A stretch of 64,000 bases of DNA from Caenispirillum bisanense (GTDB taxonomy: Bacteria; Pseudomonadota; Alphaproteobacteria; Rhodospirillales; UBA2165). The stretch covers positions 51,936-115,935 of the forward strand of contig CAMDWJ010000008.1 in NCBI GenBank assembly GCA_945877815.1, written 5' to 3'. The translations under genes were made by a program, and so were the position numbers. Positions 41,634 through 50,452 of this stretch are shown in pieces (positions within the stretch are counted from its first letter, which is position 1; every line of letters begins with the position of its first letter). The notes beneath the pieces are model-generated. The model did no database searches, was not told the DNA's origin, and worked only from the letters and a program-made list of their open reading frames with translations.

Positions 41634-42871
41634 TCGTAACGCAGCGCTTCGACGGGATCGAGACGCGCCGCGCGCCACGATGGATAGATCGTCGCCAGGA
41701 ACGACAAGCCCAAACCCATCGCCACGACGATGACGACTTCGTTCCAATCGACGATCGCGGGCAGCTTCGACAAGAAATAGATTTCCGCCTGAAACACATT
41801 GGTCCCGCTCAAACGTTCGACACCTTGGCGGATGGTTTCGATATTCACCGAGAACAACACGCCGAGCAGAAGGCCCGCGAAGGTTCCGATCACGCCGACG
41901 CTGGCGCCCGACAACAGGAAGATGCGCATAACCATGCCGCGCGTCGCCCCCATGGTGCGCAGGATGGCAATATCGCGGCCCTTGTCCTTCACCAACATGA
42001 TGAGGCTGGAGATGATATTGAAGGCAGCCACCACGATGATCAGGGTCAGGATCAGGAACATGACATTGCGTTCGACCTGGATCGCGGTGAAGAAGCTCGA
42101 ATTGGATTGCTGCCAATCGAATATATTGCGCGCGCCGGTCGCTACGCGGATCGCTTCGCCGCGTCTCTTCGCATTATCCGGGTGATCGACCGTCACATCC
42201 AAATAGTTGACCCCGTCGGGAACCTGGAAATAGATCTGCGCGGCCTCGAGCGGCATATAGATGAAACGCGAATCGTATTCGTACATGCCGACGCTGAAGA
42301 TCGCGGCCACGCGATAGGCCTTCATGCGCGGCACGGTGCCGAACGCGGTCACATTGCCCTTGGGCGAAATCAGGTTGATCGGATCGCCGACACGGACGTT
42401 CATGGTGCGCGCCAGCTTGTCGCCGACCAGGATCGCGTCAGTCCCGTGGAAGTCGGCGATGTTTCCGATGATGATGTTGTCGGCGAGGATCGGGCGTTTG
42501 GCGATATCTTCCGGTTTCAATCCGCGAACCATGACGCCGGTCGCCTGATTGTTGGCGCTCGCCATCACCTGACCTTCGATCGTCGGCGTGACAGCGACAA
42601 CGCCCGGAACGGCCTGAACGCGCCGCGCCAGCTCGTCGTAATTCGACAGCGATTGCGTATCGCCATAGACGCTGAGATGCCCGTTCACGCCGAGAATCCG
42701 GCTCAGCAATTCATGGCGGAATCCGTTCATCACGGACATGACGATAATGAGTGTGGCGACACCGAGCGCGATGCCCAGCAGCGAGAACCAGGCAATGACG
42801 GAAATGAACCCTTCCTGGCGGCGCGAGCGCAGATACCGCATCGCCACCATTCGTTCGAAAGCCGAAAACAT
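41630..42871 (-). CDS. lolC: lipoprotein-releasing ABC transporter permease (LolC/E family)
   Basis: 413 aa from ATG 42871 ([15 protein letters not shown]); the track TTG start is 6 nt upstream. It has a MacB/FtsX-type topology with a large periplasmic loop. Confidence 0.9.
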
Positions 42872-42891
42872 TTTCAAACCCTTCTTTGGTC

Positions 42892-43002
42892 GTCATGCGC
42901 GGACTTGATCCGCGCATCCACGCCGAGGCGCGTCCGCGCCGATAAGAATCTTTTCGCGCTATCGCGCTTTTCGTGGATGGCCGGGTCAAGCCCGGCCATG
43001 AC
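42892..43002. repeat. nested-palindrome intergenic repeat (archetypal copy)
   Basis: The arms are GTCATGCGCGGACTTGATCCGCGCATCCACG (42892-42922) and CGTGGATGGCCGGGTCAAGCCCGGCCATGAC (42972-43002). Each arm is itself a hairpin. It lies in the lolC-proS spacer. Confidence 0.8.
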
Positions 43003-43018
43003 GATTTTCTTGAGCATC

Positions 43019-44572
43019 CTAATAAGACCTAGCAACGAGTATTTCCTCGACACCGGGTTTACCCGTGAAGAGGCACGCAGAGTGGCTGGGTGGCTGGGCG
43101 AGCGGCGCATTGCGGATGGTAATCTTGAGCGATGCAAGCTCCGCCTCGACCTTCTCCAACTCAGGCCCCGTCGGGCGGCACCACGAAACCCGGACCCAAC
43201 CCGGATTATTGTCGCCACCCGCATCTTCGTCATCCGCCACGCTGGCTCCGAAGAAGGCCTTCAGATCGGCCAGGGTTTTGACACCGTCGTGGATGCGGCT
43301 GGTCATTTTTTCGCGCGCTTCGTTCAGCATGCCGTTCTGCATCTCATCGAGGATGCCGCCAACGGCAGCAACAAACTCGTCCTTGGCCATCGCCGTGGCG
43401 CTGGCCTTTTCACCGTTATAGAGGCGATCACGGCGCAGGAAACTCACTTGTCCGTTACTGGCCTCGCGCCCGCCGATCTCGACGATCAAGGGCACGCCCT
43501 TGCGGACCAGATCCCAGCGCTTGGCGCTGGCGTTCTTGTCCTTGGTGTCCACGCCGACGCGAAGGACGGCACCGCAGGCCATTTGTTTGCGAAGTTGTTG
43601 TTGCAGCGCGTTGCAATAGGCGATCAATTCGGCATCGGCAGGCTCCCCCCGCAGGCGTGGCACGATAACGATCTGCTTCGGCGCCAGCGCGGGCGGAAGG
43701 CGAAGTCCATCATCGTCGCCATGGGTCATGATCAAACCGCCGATCAGACGGGTCGAAACGCCCCAGCTTGTCGTATGGGCGAATTTCTCGGTTCCGTCGG
43801 CGGCCTGGAATTTGATGAGCTGCGCCTCGGAAAAGTGGGTGCCGAGGTAATGCGAGGTTCCGGCCTGCAAGGCCTTGCCGTCCTGCATCATCGCCTCGAT
43901 GGAAAAGGTATTGTCCGCACCTGGGAAGCGCTCGTTCGCTGTTTTTTCGCCGGCGACCACCGGCATAGCCATCTCCGTCTCGACGAATTCGCGATAGACT
44001 TCGAGCATGCGCATGGTCTCGGCGAAGGCATCGTCGCGATCTACATGGGCGGTATGACCTTCCTGCCAAAGGAACTCGGCCGTGCGCAGAAATAGGCGCG
44101 TGCGCATTTCCCAGCGCACCACATTCGCCCACTGGTTGATCAGGATCGGCAGATCGCGATAGGAGCTGATCCAATTGCGGAAGGAATCCGCGATGATGGT
44201 TTCCGAGGTCGGGCGCACGATTAAAGGTTCGGTCAGCTTCGCATCCGGATCGGGCACCAGCTCGCCGTCGATCATCTTGAGGCGATGATGGGTGACGACC
44301 GCCATCTCCTTGGCGAAGCCTTCGACATGCTCGGCTTCCTTGGCGATGAAGCTCAGCGGAATGAACAGCGGGAAATAGCAATTTTCGTGACCGGTCTCCT
44401 TGAAGCGCCGATCGAGCCCCTGCTGGATCAGCTCCCAAATACCGTAGCCCCACGGCCGGATGACCATGCAGCCGCGCACCGCCGAATTTTCGGCCAGGTC
44501 GGCTTCGCGCACGACTTCCTGGTACCAGGCGCTGAAATTGGCGGACCGGGATATTTTCAGCGCTCTTTGCAT
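43019..44572 (-). CDS. proS: proline--tRNA ligase, archaeal/eukaryote-like architecture
   Basis: 517 aa. It carries FSAWYQEVVREADLAENSAVRGCMVIRPWGYGIWE and GHENCYFPLFIP...EAEHVEGF. It has no INS editing insertion, and the protein ends in ...ARSY with a C-terminal Tyr. Confidence 0.9.
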   Translation of the reverse strand: MQRALKISRSANFSAWYQEVVREADLAENSAVRGCMVIRPWGYGIWELIQQGLDRRFKETGHENCYFPLFIPLSFIAKEAEHVEGFAKEMAVVTHHRLKMIDGELVPDPDAKLTEPLIVRPTSETIIADSFRNWISSYRDLPILINQWANVVRWEMRTRLFLRTAEFLWQEGHTAHVDRDDAFAETMRMLEVYREFVETEMAMPVVAGEKTANERFPGADNTFSIEAMMQDGKALQAGTSHYLGTHFSEAQLIKFQAADGTEKFAHTTSWGVSTRLIGGLIMTHGDDDGLRLPPALAPKQIVIVPRLRGEPADAELIAYCNALQQQLRKQMACGAVLRVGVDTKDKNASAKRWDLVRKGVPLIVEIGGREASNGQVSFLRRDRLYNGEKASATAMAKDEFVAAVGGILDEMQNGMLNEAREKMTSRIHDGVKTLADLKAFFGASVADDEDAGGDNNPGWVRVSWCRPTGPELEKVEAELASLKITIRNAPLAQPPSHSACLFTGKPGVEEILVARSY

Positions 44573-44641
44573 GAGGACTTCCGCTTGGTGGGATTGGCGC
44601 CGGACTGTCCGGGGCCGTGAGCGCGCGAGAGTACGGGGCGT

Positions 44642-46282
44642 CTAGCGGCCGCTCAAGACCCGTTGGCACTGGGCCTGGAATTCAGCGGAGGCTTGCTCAT
44701 CGAGCGGCTGATCGTTGAAGGTCAGCTTGCCCGTCTTGAGGTCGAATTTGACGGTCCGGGCGCTGCCTTCGGGGACGCCGCCGGGAATCGGCGTTGCCGC
44801 GACTGCATTGGACGCCGCCACGGCGGTGGTATTGCCCGATACGGGGATGCCAACGGCCTCGACCGCATCGCCGGCCGTCGCGGCGGTCGCTTGTCCAGCC
44901 GTCAGCAAGGCAGCCTTGTCAGTATCGTTGCCTGCCGCCGTTATCGCGAGGCTTGCAACTGTAGCCGCCGACTGGACGGCCGATGTCGCGAGAGATGAAA
45001 TCTGAGCCGGCGTGCCGGCTGATGCCGCCGCAACTGCCCGGGCCTGCGCAAGATCGGCTGCGGTCCGGATCGCCACGCTATCGGCTTGGGCCTGGGCATA
45101 GGTTGACGCTGCGGTCGTCGCCGTTGCCCGGGCGGTGTTCCTCGTATCGCGCTTAGTCGCATTCAGGAGATCGGCATCGAGCGCGGTCTGCGCAGCCGTC
45201 AGGGCCGTAGTGGCGGTCGTCGAGGCGGTTTTCGCCGTTGCCTCGATGGTCGCTGCGGATTTCGCCGTCAACTCGGCCTGCAGCGCCGCTGCCTGCGCCG
45301 CCGAAATCGCCGCCGCGCGGAACCCGGACGCATTGGTCGCCCCCGCAACGGCGGCCTGCGACACTGTCTTGGCGGCACTGAGCGCCGCCGAATCCGTGTT
45401 CTGCCCCGCCGTCAGCAAGGTCGCCTTGGCGGCATCCGTGCCGGCCGCCGTCTTTGCCAGCGCGGCGGCCCGGGCCGCCGCCAGCACAGCCGCATTGGAT
45501 TGGGCAGCGATAGCGTCGGCCGTGCCCGCCGTCCCCGCCGCCGTGGCTGCGGCGCGCGCGGCATCGGCAGCGGCATCGATAGCCAGTGTATCGGCCTGGG
45601 CCTGGGCGTAAGTCGCGGCAGCGGTCGCCGCCGTTGCCCGGGCTGTGTTGCGGGTGTCGCGTTTGGTCGTATTCAACGGATCTGCGTCGAGCGCGGTCTG
45701 CGCCGTGGTCAGCGCGGTTTCCGCTGTCGTCTTGGCCGTCAACGCGGCCGTTTCAATCGTCGTGGCCGCAGTCGCGGCCGCTTCCGCCGATGTGGCGACG
45801 GTGCCGGCGGCGGTGGCGGCGGTTTTCGCCTTCTCGGCGGCGATGGCCGCCGCACTTGCCGCGTTGGCGCTCGCATTCTGCGTCGCCCCCATATATTTGG
45901 CGAAGTCGATCTTCACATCCATGGTGATGACGTCTGGCAGCTTGATCTGCGGCGAGCCGGCGAGATCGGCAGGTGCTACCTTGCGCCCGCGTGCATCGAC
46001 ACCCGGTTTGTATTCCACATTGGCCGCCGGTTGATGGGCGACGGCCCTACGGCAATCGGCGGCGCTGATCTTCACTTGCGTCGGTTTGACTTGCGGCGGC
46101 GGGATGATCGCGATGGCGGGTTCTTCGGGTGGACGAACCTGAACCGGCGTTCGTGCCGGCGGTTGGGCGATTGCCGGCCCCTCGCCGGCCCACACTACCG
46201 AATGGAAGGTTATCGGGGCGCATGCGAAGAACGACCCGGCAAGGATTGCCGCACCCGAGACCAGAGCGCGCGATTGGCGCAT
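44642..46282 (-). CDS. hypothetical secreted Ala/Thr-rich repeat protein
   Basis: 546 aa from ATG 46282, with GAGGA 8 nt upstream. It has a signal-like N-terminus, a Pro-rich linker and non-repetitive end modules. The Ala/Thr core of about 340 aa shows 170-aa periodicity. Third codon positions are GC-rich, as in neighbouring genes. Confidence 0.6.
   Translation of the reverse strand: MRQSRALVSGAAILAGSFFACAPITFHSVVWAGEGPAIAQPPARTPVQVRPPEEPAIAIIPPPQVKPTQVKISAADCRRAVAHQPAANVEYKPGVDARGRKVAPADLAGSPQIKLPDVITMDVKIDFAKYMGATQNASANAASAAAIAAEKAKTAATAAGTVATSAEAAATAATTIETAALTAKTTAETALTTAQTALDADPLNTTKRDTRNTARATAATAAATYAQAQADTLAIDAAADAARAAATAAGTAGTADAIAAQSNAAVLAAARAAALAKTAAGTDAAKATLLTAGQNTDSAALSAAKTVSQAAVAGATNASGFRAAAISAAQAAALQAELTAKSAATIEATAKTASTTATTALTAAQTALDADLLNATKRDTRNTARATATTAASTYAQAQADSVAIRTAADLAQARAVAAASAGTPAQISSLATSAVQSAATVASLAITAAGNDTDKAALLTAGQATAATAGDAVEAVGIPVSGNTTAVAASNAVAATPIPGGVPEGSARTVKFDLKTGKLTFNDQPLDEQASAEFQAQCQRVLSGR
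44888..45787. repeat. in-frame tandem duplication, period 510 bp (two about 390-bp well-conserved cores)
   Basis: The cores are 45398-45787 and 44888-45277. For example, ATCTGCGTCGAGCGCGGT at 45680-45697 matches ATCGGCATCGAGCGCGGT at 45170-45187, and the TKRDTRNTAR coding block is present in both. Confidence 0.85.
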
Positions 46283-46293
46283 CGCGCCCGTCC

Positions 46294-46854
46294 TCAATCG
46301 GCGTCGCCGGTTCTTCCAGGATTACGCATCCAGGCCGGCCCGCTTTCGGCGATACGCCGATAGATCGGGCACTGGACCGTGTGCGCGCCTGGGAGATAAC
46401 CGATGCTCATCAAGAATTCTCCGACAACTTCCTTACCCATGAATGCGAAGGTCGAGCGGAACAGCTTACACCATTCCATGCGCGACATGGGATGGTGCGC
46501 TTCGATCCATTGTCCGAACCCGCCATGGCTATGACGCAATTCCTGGACCACTTTCGCGTTATGGATGGTAGCCTCGATTTTGCGCCGATTGCGGATAATC
46601 AGGGGATCGTTGAGTAGACGTTCGATATCGGTAGCATCGAAAGCCGCTACGCGGTCCACCTTAAAGTTCTCGAATGCGAGCGCGAACGCCGGACGTTTCT
46701 TCAAAATGATGAGCCAGGACAATCCGGCCTGGAAGATCTCGAGCGTCAAACGCTCGAACAGCACGGACTCGTCGTCGACGGGAAATCCATATTCGGAATC
46801 GTGATACGGCGCGTGAACCTGATGGCCCGGAGCAGTCTCGCAATAAGAAGTCAT
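46294..46854 (-). CDS. tag: DNA-3-methyladenine glycosylase I
   Basis: 186 aa from ATG 46854, with GGGAGA upstream; the track TTG start is at 46866. It carries YHDSEYGFPV.DES.LFERLTLEIFQAGLSWLIILKKR and a Tag-like C-terminus. Confidence 0.8.
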   Translation of the reverse strand: MTSYCETAPGHQVHAPYHDSEYGFPVDDESVLFERLTLEIFQAGLSWLIILKKRPAFALAFENFKVDRVAAFDATDIERLLNDPLIIRNRRKIEATIHNAKVVQELRHSHGGFGQWIEAHHPMSRMEWCKLFRSTFAFMGKEVVGEFLMSIGYLPGAHTVQCPIYRRIAESGPAWMRNPGRTGDAD

Positions 46855-46959
46855 GTTATCTCCCAAAGCCCCCGGGAGGTCTCCCTGGGTATGCAGATAA
46901 CCAATCAGATCGGTTTAGGACAATGCAAAAGTGCGACCCCGCCTTGCGGAATCGTTATC

Positions 46960-47190
46960 TCAACGAAAGGTGATGAGGTCGTACACGTAAATCAAATAAA
47001 TAATGCCCCAGACAACCAGGGCAACAAGTGTGTTGATCGCCAGCTTCAGTCCGATATTGGATTTTCTGGGCGCGCCACGATCGTTGCCGACATTGATGTC
47101 GTCGTCGCGCTGGATGCCGAACGGCAAGACCATGAACAGCGTGATCCACCAGACCACGAAATAAACCGCCAGATTGGTTATCCATCCCAT
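46960..47190 (-). CDS. DUF1467 family small membrane protein
   Basis: 76 aa with two TM helices (MGWITNLAVYFVVWWITLFMVLPFG...). It occupies the usual alphaproteobacterial position downstream of the nuo cluster, by my recollection. Confidence 0.75.
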   Translation of the reverse strand: MGWITNLAVYFVVWWITLFMVLPFGIQRDDDINVGNDRGAPRKSNIGLKLAINTLVALVVWGIIYLIYVYDLITFR

Positions 47191-47219
47191 CGGTTTTCTC
47201 CCGCCTTACAAGCGCCCGC

Positions 47220-48890
47220 CTACAAGCGAACGACGTGAATACTCGTCATGGGCTGCTTGCCGTGCGTATCGCGCAAAGACCGCCGAACCGCGCGCCGCGC
47301 CGACTCCCCCAAGGCCTCGTCGTCGCGGCGATCGGCGCGCGACAATACGTCCAAGGCGTCCTCGATATCGTCGGCCAGTCGTTCGCGCACCGCGACGGCC
47401 TCGGCGTCGTCCGCCAAGCCGTGCAACGCGATCTGTGGCTCATCCACCATCTTACCCTCGTCGTCGACGACCAAGGTCACAACAACGGCGCCGCCATTCA
47501 GGACGCGCGACCGTTCCTTCAGAACTTGCCCGCCGATTGGCACCAGGCGCCGTCCGTCGACTGCCAGGCGTCCGACCGGGACCTCGTCGACGATCTCGGG
47601 AAGCCCAGGCGCAATGCGTGCCATGGCGCCGTTATGCATCATCAGCGCCTCGGGCACCTGGCAGGCCTGGGCGATTTCAATGTGCTTGGCCAGATGCCGC
47701 GGCTCGCCATGGACGGGAATTGCGATGCGCGGGCGGATCAGCTGATACATGCGGATCAATTCATCCTGCGCCGGATGGCCGGACACATGGACCTCGTCGT
47801 CGTTGGTTGAGATGACGTGAAGGCCACGCTGCACCAGCTTGTTGTGGATGCGGCCAATAGCAAGCTCGTTGCCCGGGATGATCCGCGACGAGAAGATGAC
47901 GCTGTCGCCGGGCTCCAGAGCCACCAGCTTGTGATCGCCCTCGGCAATACGCGAGAGCGCCGCGCGCGGCTCTCCCTGACTGCCCGTGCAGATATAGAGA
48001 ATTTCTTTGCGAGGGATTTGATGCGCCTGTTCGGGCGCCAGGAACTTCGGAAGATCGGTCAGATAGCCGGTCTCGCGGGCCGCCGAATCCATGCGCCATA
48101 GCGAGCTGCCGACGAGGCAGACCGCGCGCCCGTTGGCGGTTGCAGCATGATAGATGGTCTTCAGGCGTGCGACGTTCGAGGCGAAACAGGTCACCGCAAC
48201 CCGGTCCTTACATGCGGCGATCAGATCGGTCAGGTTCTGCAGCAGCGACGCCTCGGACCCAGATGTGCCCGGCACGAAGACATTGGTGGAATCGCCAACC
48301 AGGGCCAGGACGTTTTCGTCGCCGATCTCGCGCAATTGATCGAAGTCCACAACCGGGCCAAGCACCGGATCGGGATCGAACTTCCAATCGCCCGTGTGAA
48401 AGACGGTTCCGAACGGCGTGCGCAGAACGATCGCGTTGGGTTCGGGCATGGAATGGTTCAGGGTCACGAATTCGAGCGCGAACGGCCCGATATCGAATTT
48501 CGCGTTCATCGGCAATTCGATGATTTCGACCTTTACCGGCTTGGTGTCGTAGGCAAGCTTGCGCCGCAGCAATGCCGCCGTGAAGGGCGACGCGTAAACC
48601 GGGCAACGCAGCTTATCCCACAGATATGGGACAGCGCCTAGATGGTCCTCATGGCCGTGCGTCAACACGATGCCGAGCAACCGGTCGCGGTTCTTTTCCA
48701 TATACTGGACGTCCGGAACGATCACTTCGATCGACGGCGTGGTGTCGTCGCCGAAGGTGATGCCGAGATCGATCATCAGCCAGTCCGCGTCGCCCGGTGT
48801 ACCGTAGCCGTAGCAATTCACGTTCATGCCGATTTCTTCGGTCCCGCCAAGCGGAAGGAAGAGCAGTTGCGGCTCGGGTTTAAGTGTCAT
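47220..48890 (-). CDS. rnj: ribonuclease J (beta-CASP metallo-beta-lactamase family)
   Basis: 556 aa with the MBL motif LTHGHEDHLG plus beta-CASP and C-terminal domains. Confidence 0.85.
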   Translation of the reverse strand: MTLKPEPQLLFLPLGGTEEIGMNVNCYGYGTPGDADWLMIDLGITFGDDTTPSIEVIVPDVQYMEKNRDRLLGIVLTHGHEDHLGAVPYLWDKLRCPVYASPFTAALLRRKLAYDTKPVKVEIIELPMNAKFDIGPFALEFVTLNHSMPEPNAIVLRTPFGTVFHTGDWKFDPDPVLGPVVDFDQLREIGDENVLALVGDSTNVFVPGTSGSEASLLQNLTDLIAACKDRVAVTCFASNVARLKTIYHAATANGRAVCLVGSSLWRMDSAARETGYLTDLPKFLAPEQAHQIPRKEILYICTGSQGEPRAALSRIAEGDHKLVALEPGDSVIFSSRIIPGNELAIGRIHNKLVQRGLHVISTNDDEVHVSGHPAQDELIRMYQLIRPRIAIPVHGEPRHLAKHIEIAQACQVPEALMMHNGAMARIAPGLPEIVDEVPVGRLAVDGRRLVPIGGQVLKERSRVLNGGAVVVTLVVDDEGKMVDEPQIALHGLADDAEAVAVRERLADDIEDALDVLSRADRRDDEALGESARRAVRRSLRDTHGKQPMTSIHVVRL

Positions 48891-48893
48891 GCG

Positions 48894-49688
48894 TCAGGCT
48901 TGCTGCAACGGCGTAAGCGGACGGTTGCGGCGATGTATGGCATAAAGGCCGCGCAAGGTCAGATCGAGATCGCTATGGTCGATGACATCGGTCGTCTCGT
49001 CGAACATCGGGGCAAGGCCGCCGGTTGCGATCACCGTGAAGGGGGCCCCGAATTCCTTTTCTATCCGCTTCGCGATGCCCTCGATGATGCTGACATGCCC
49101 CCAAAAGATGCCGGATTTCATGGCGCCCACGGTGCTGGTACCGATGATCTTGTCGGGCTTTTCAACGGCCACTCGCGGCAACTGCGCGGCTCCCATATGC
49201 AATGCTTCCAATGAAAGATTCAGGCCGGGATAAATCACGCCTCCGCGATAGTTGCCTTCGCCATCGACGACGTCGAAGGTAGTGGCGGTGCCGAAATCCA
49301 GAACCAGCAAGGCACCCTTATAGCTCAGATGCGCGGCAACAGCGTTACACAATCGGTCGGCGCCCACCTCGCGCGGATTGTCGAGCATCACCTTGATACC
49401 GAGATCGAGCGCCGGATCGCCGACCACCAAAGGCTCGCAACTGAAATACTTGCGGCATAGGCCTTTCAGGTTGATCAGATTGGCAGGAACGACCGTCGCA
49501 ATGATGGCGCAATCGACCTTGGTGCGGTCCACGCCATCCACGTCCATGAGTTGTCGTAGCCAGATTCCGAATTCGTCGGCCGTGCGGTTGACGTTGGTCG
49601 CCGCGCGCCATTGCCCGGCAATGGTGCCGTCATCGCGGAAAATGGCAAATACGATGTTGGTATTGCCGGAATCGATCGCGAGCATCAT
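48894..49688 (-). CDS. coaX: type III pantothenate kinase
   Basis: 264 aa with MLAIDSGNTN, DFGTATTFD and an ATGG segment. Confidence 0.9.
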   Translation of the reverse strand: MMLAIDSGNTNIVFAIFRDDGTIAGQWRAATNVNRTADEFGIWLRQLMDVDGVDRTKVDCAIIATVVPANLINLKGLCRKYFSCEPLVVGDPALDLGIKVMLDNPREVGADRLCNAVAAHLSYKGALLVLDFGTATTFDVVDGEGNYRGGVIYPGLNLSLEALHMGAAQLPRVAVEKPDKIIGTSTVGAMKSGIFWGHVSIIEGIAKRIEKEFGAPFTVIATGGLAPMFDETTDVIDHSDLDLTLRGLYAIHRRNRPLTPLQQA

Positions 49689-50452
49689 GTGGAAGACACC
49701 TTGGTCGTCGGTAGCGCGAAATATACATCACCTGCGGCAATGCGATGCAACGCCCCATCTTCCCCGTCCAACAACAGAGTGCCGTCGCGATCGAGTTCGC
49801 GAAAGGTCCCGTCCACGGTCGCCGACGGCAAATGAACGCTCAAGCGCGTGCCCTTCGGATGAGCACGCGCGAGCCAAGCCTGACGGATCGGTTCGAACCC
49901 TTGGTCACGCCAGCGTCGATGCCAACCATCAAGTCGGTGGCAGAAAACGCCCAATGCGTCGGATGCGGAAACCGTCACGCCCCTTGCCGCCACAACCGAC
50001 GTCGCCGGAAACGGCGTATCTTCGGGAAAGTGCGCCAGATTAATTCCGCAACCGATCACGAGCCAAGCTCCGTTGCCGCCCGCCTCCAGGAGAATACCGG
50101 CAACCTTGCATTCTTGAATGAGAATATCGTTCGGCCATTTCAAGGTGACCTGCGTTGCCGGCGCCAACGCCTCGATTGCCTCTGCTGCCGCGAGGGCCGC
50201 GACGAAACCGAGTGTCGCTAAGGCGGGCGCCGCCTTTGCCGGACGAAGAAGGATCGAGCAATAAAGATTGCCGGGCGGCGAGCGCCAGCTTCGATCCTGC
50301 CGGCCGCGCCCTTTGGTCTGCGTCGTCGCCCAGACAACGGCACCCTCGGCAACACCCTCCGCCGCAAGGCGTTTGGCTTCGTCGTTGGTGCTGCCGATTG
50401 TATCGAATGCCGTCAGCCGGTATCCCGGCGGTAGGCTGGCCGGCAAGGTCAT
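49685..50452 (-). CDS. birA: biotin--[acetyl-CoA-carboxylase] ligase (no N-terminal HTH)
   Basis: 255 aa with motifs TQTKGRGRQDRSW and KWPNDIL. It has ATGA overlaps with nuoN and coaX. Confidence 0.85.
   Translation of the reverse strand: MTLPASLPPGYRLTAFDTIGSTNDEAKRLAAEGVAEGAVVWATTQTKGRGRQDRSWRSPPGNLYCSILLRPAKAAPALATLGFVAALAAAEAIEALAPATQVTLKWPNDILIQECKVAGILLEAGGNGAWLVIGCGINLAHFPEDTPFPATSVVAARGVTVSASDALGVFCHRLDGWHRRWRDQGFEPIRQAWLARAHPKGTRLSVHLPSATVDGTFRELDRDGTLLLDGEDGALHRIAAGDVYFALPTTKVSST

Noticed and set aside
41634-42116. Upstream extension of the lolD ORF (392-aa version).
   Set aside because: The extension lies inside lolC out of frame. The LolD homology ([14 protein letters not shown]..., Walker A) begins at ATG 41633, which overlaps the lolC stop.
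44888-45787. Tandemly repeated DNA was considered as a CRISPR-like or VNTR array.
   Set aside because: There are only two copies of a 510-bp unit with no spacer/repeat alternation. The unit is in frame inside a long ORF with GC-rich third positions, so it is a coding duplication.
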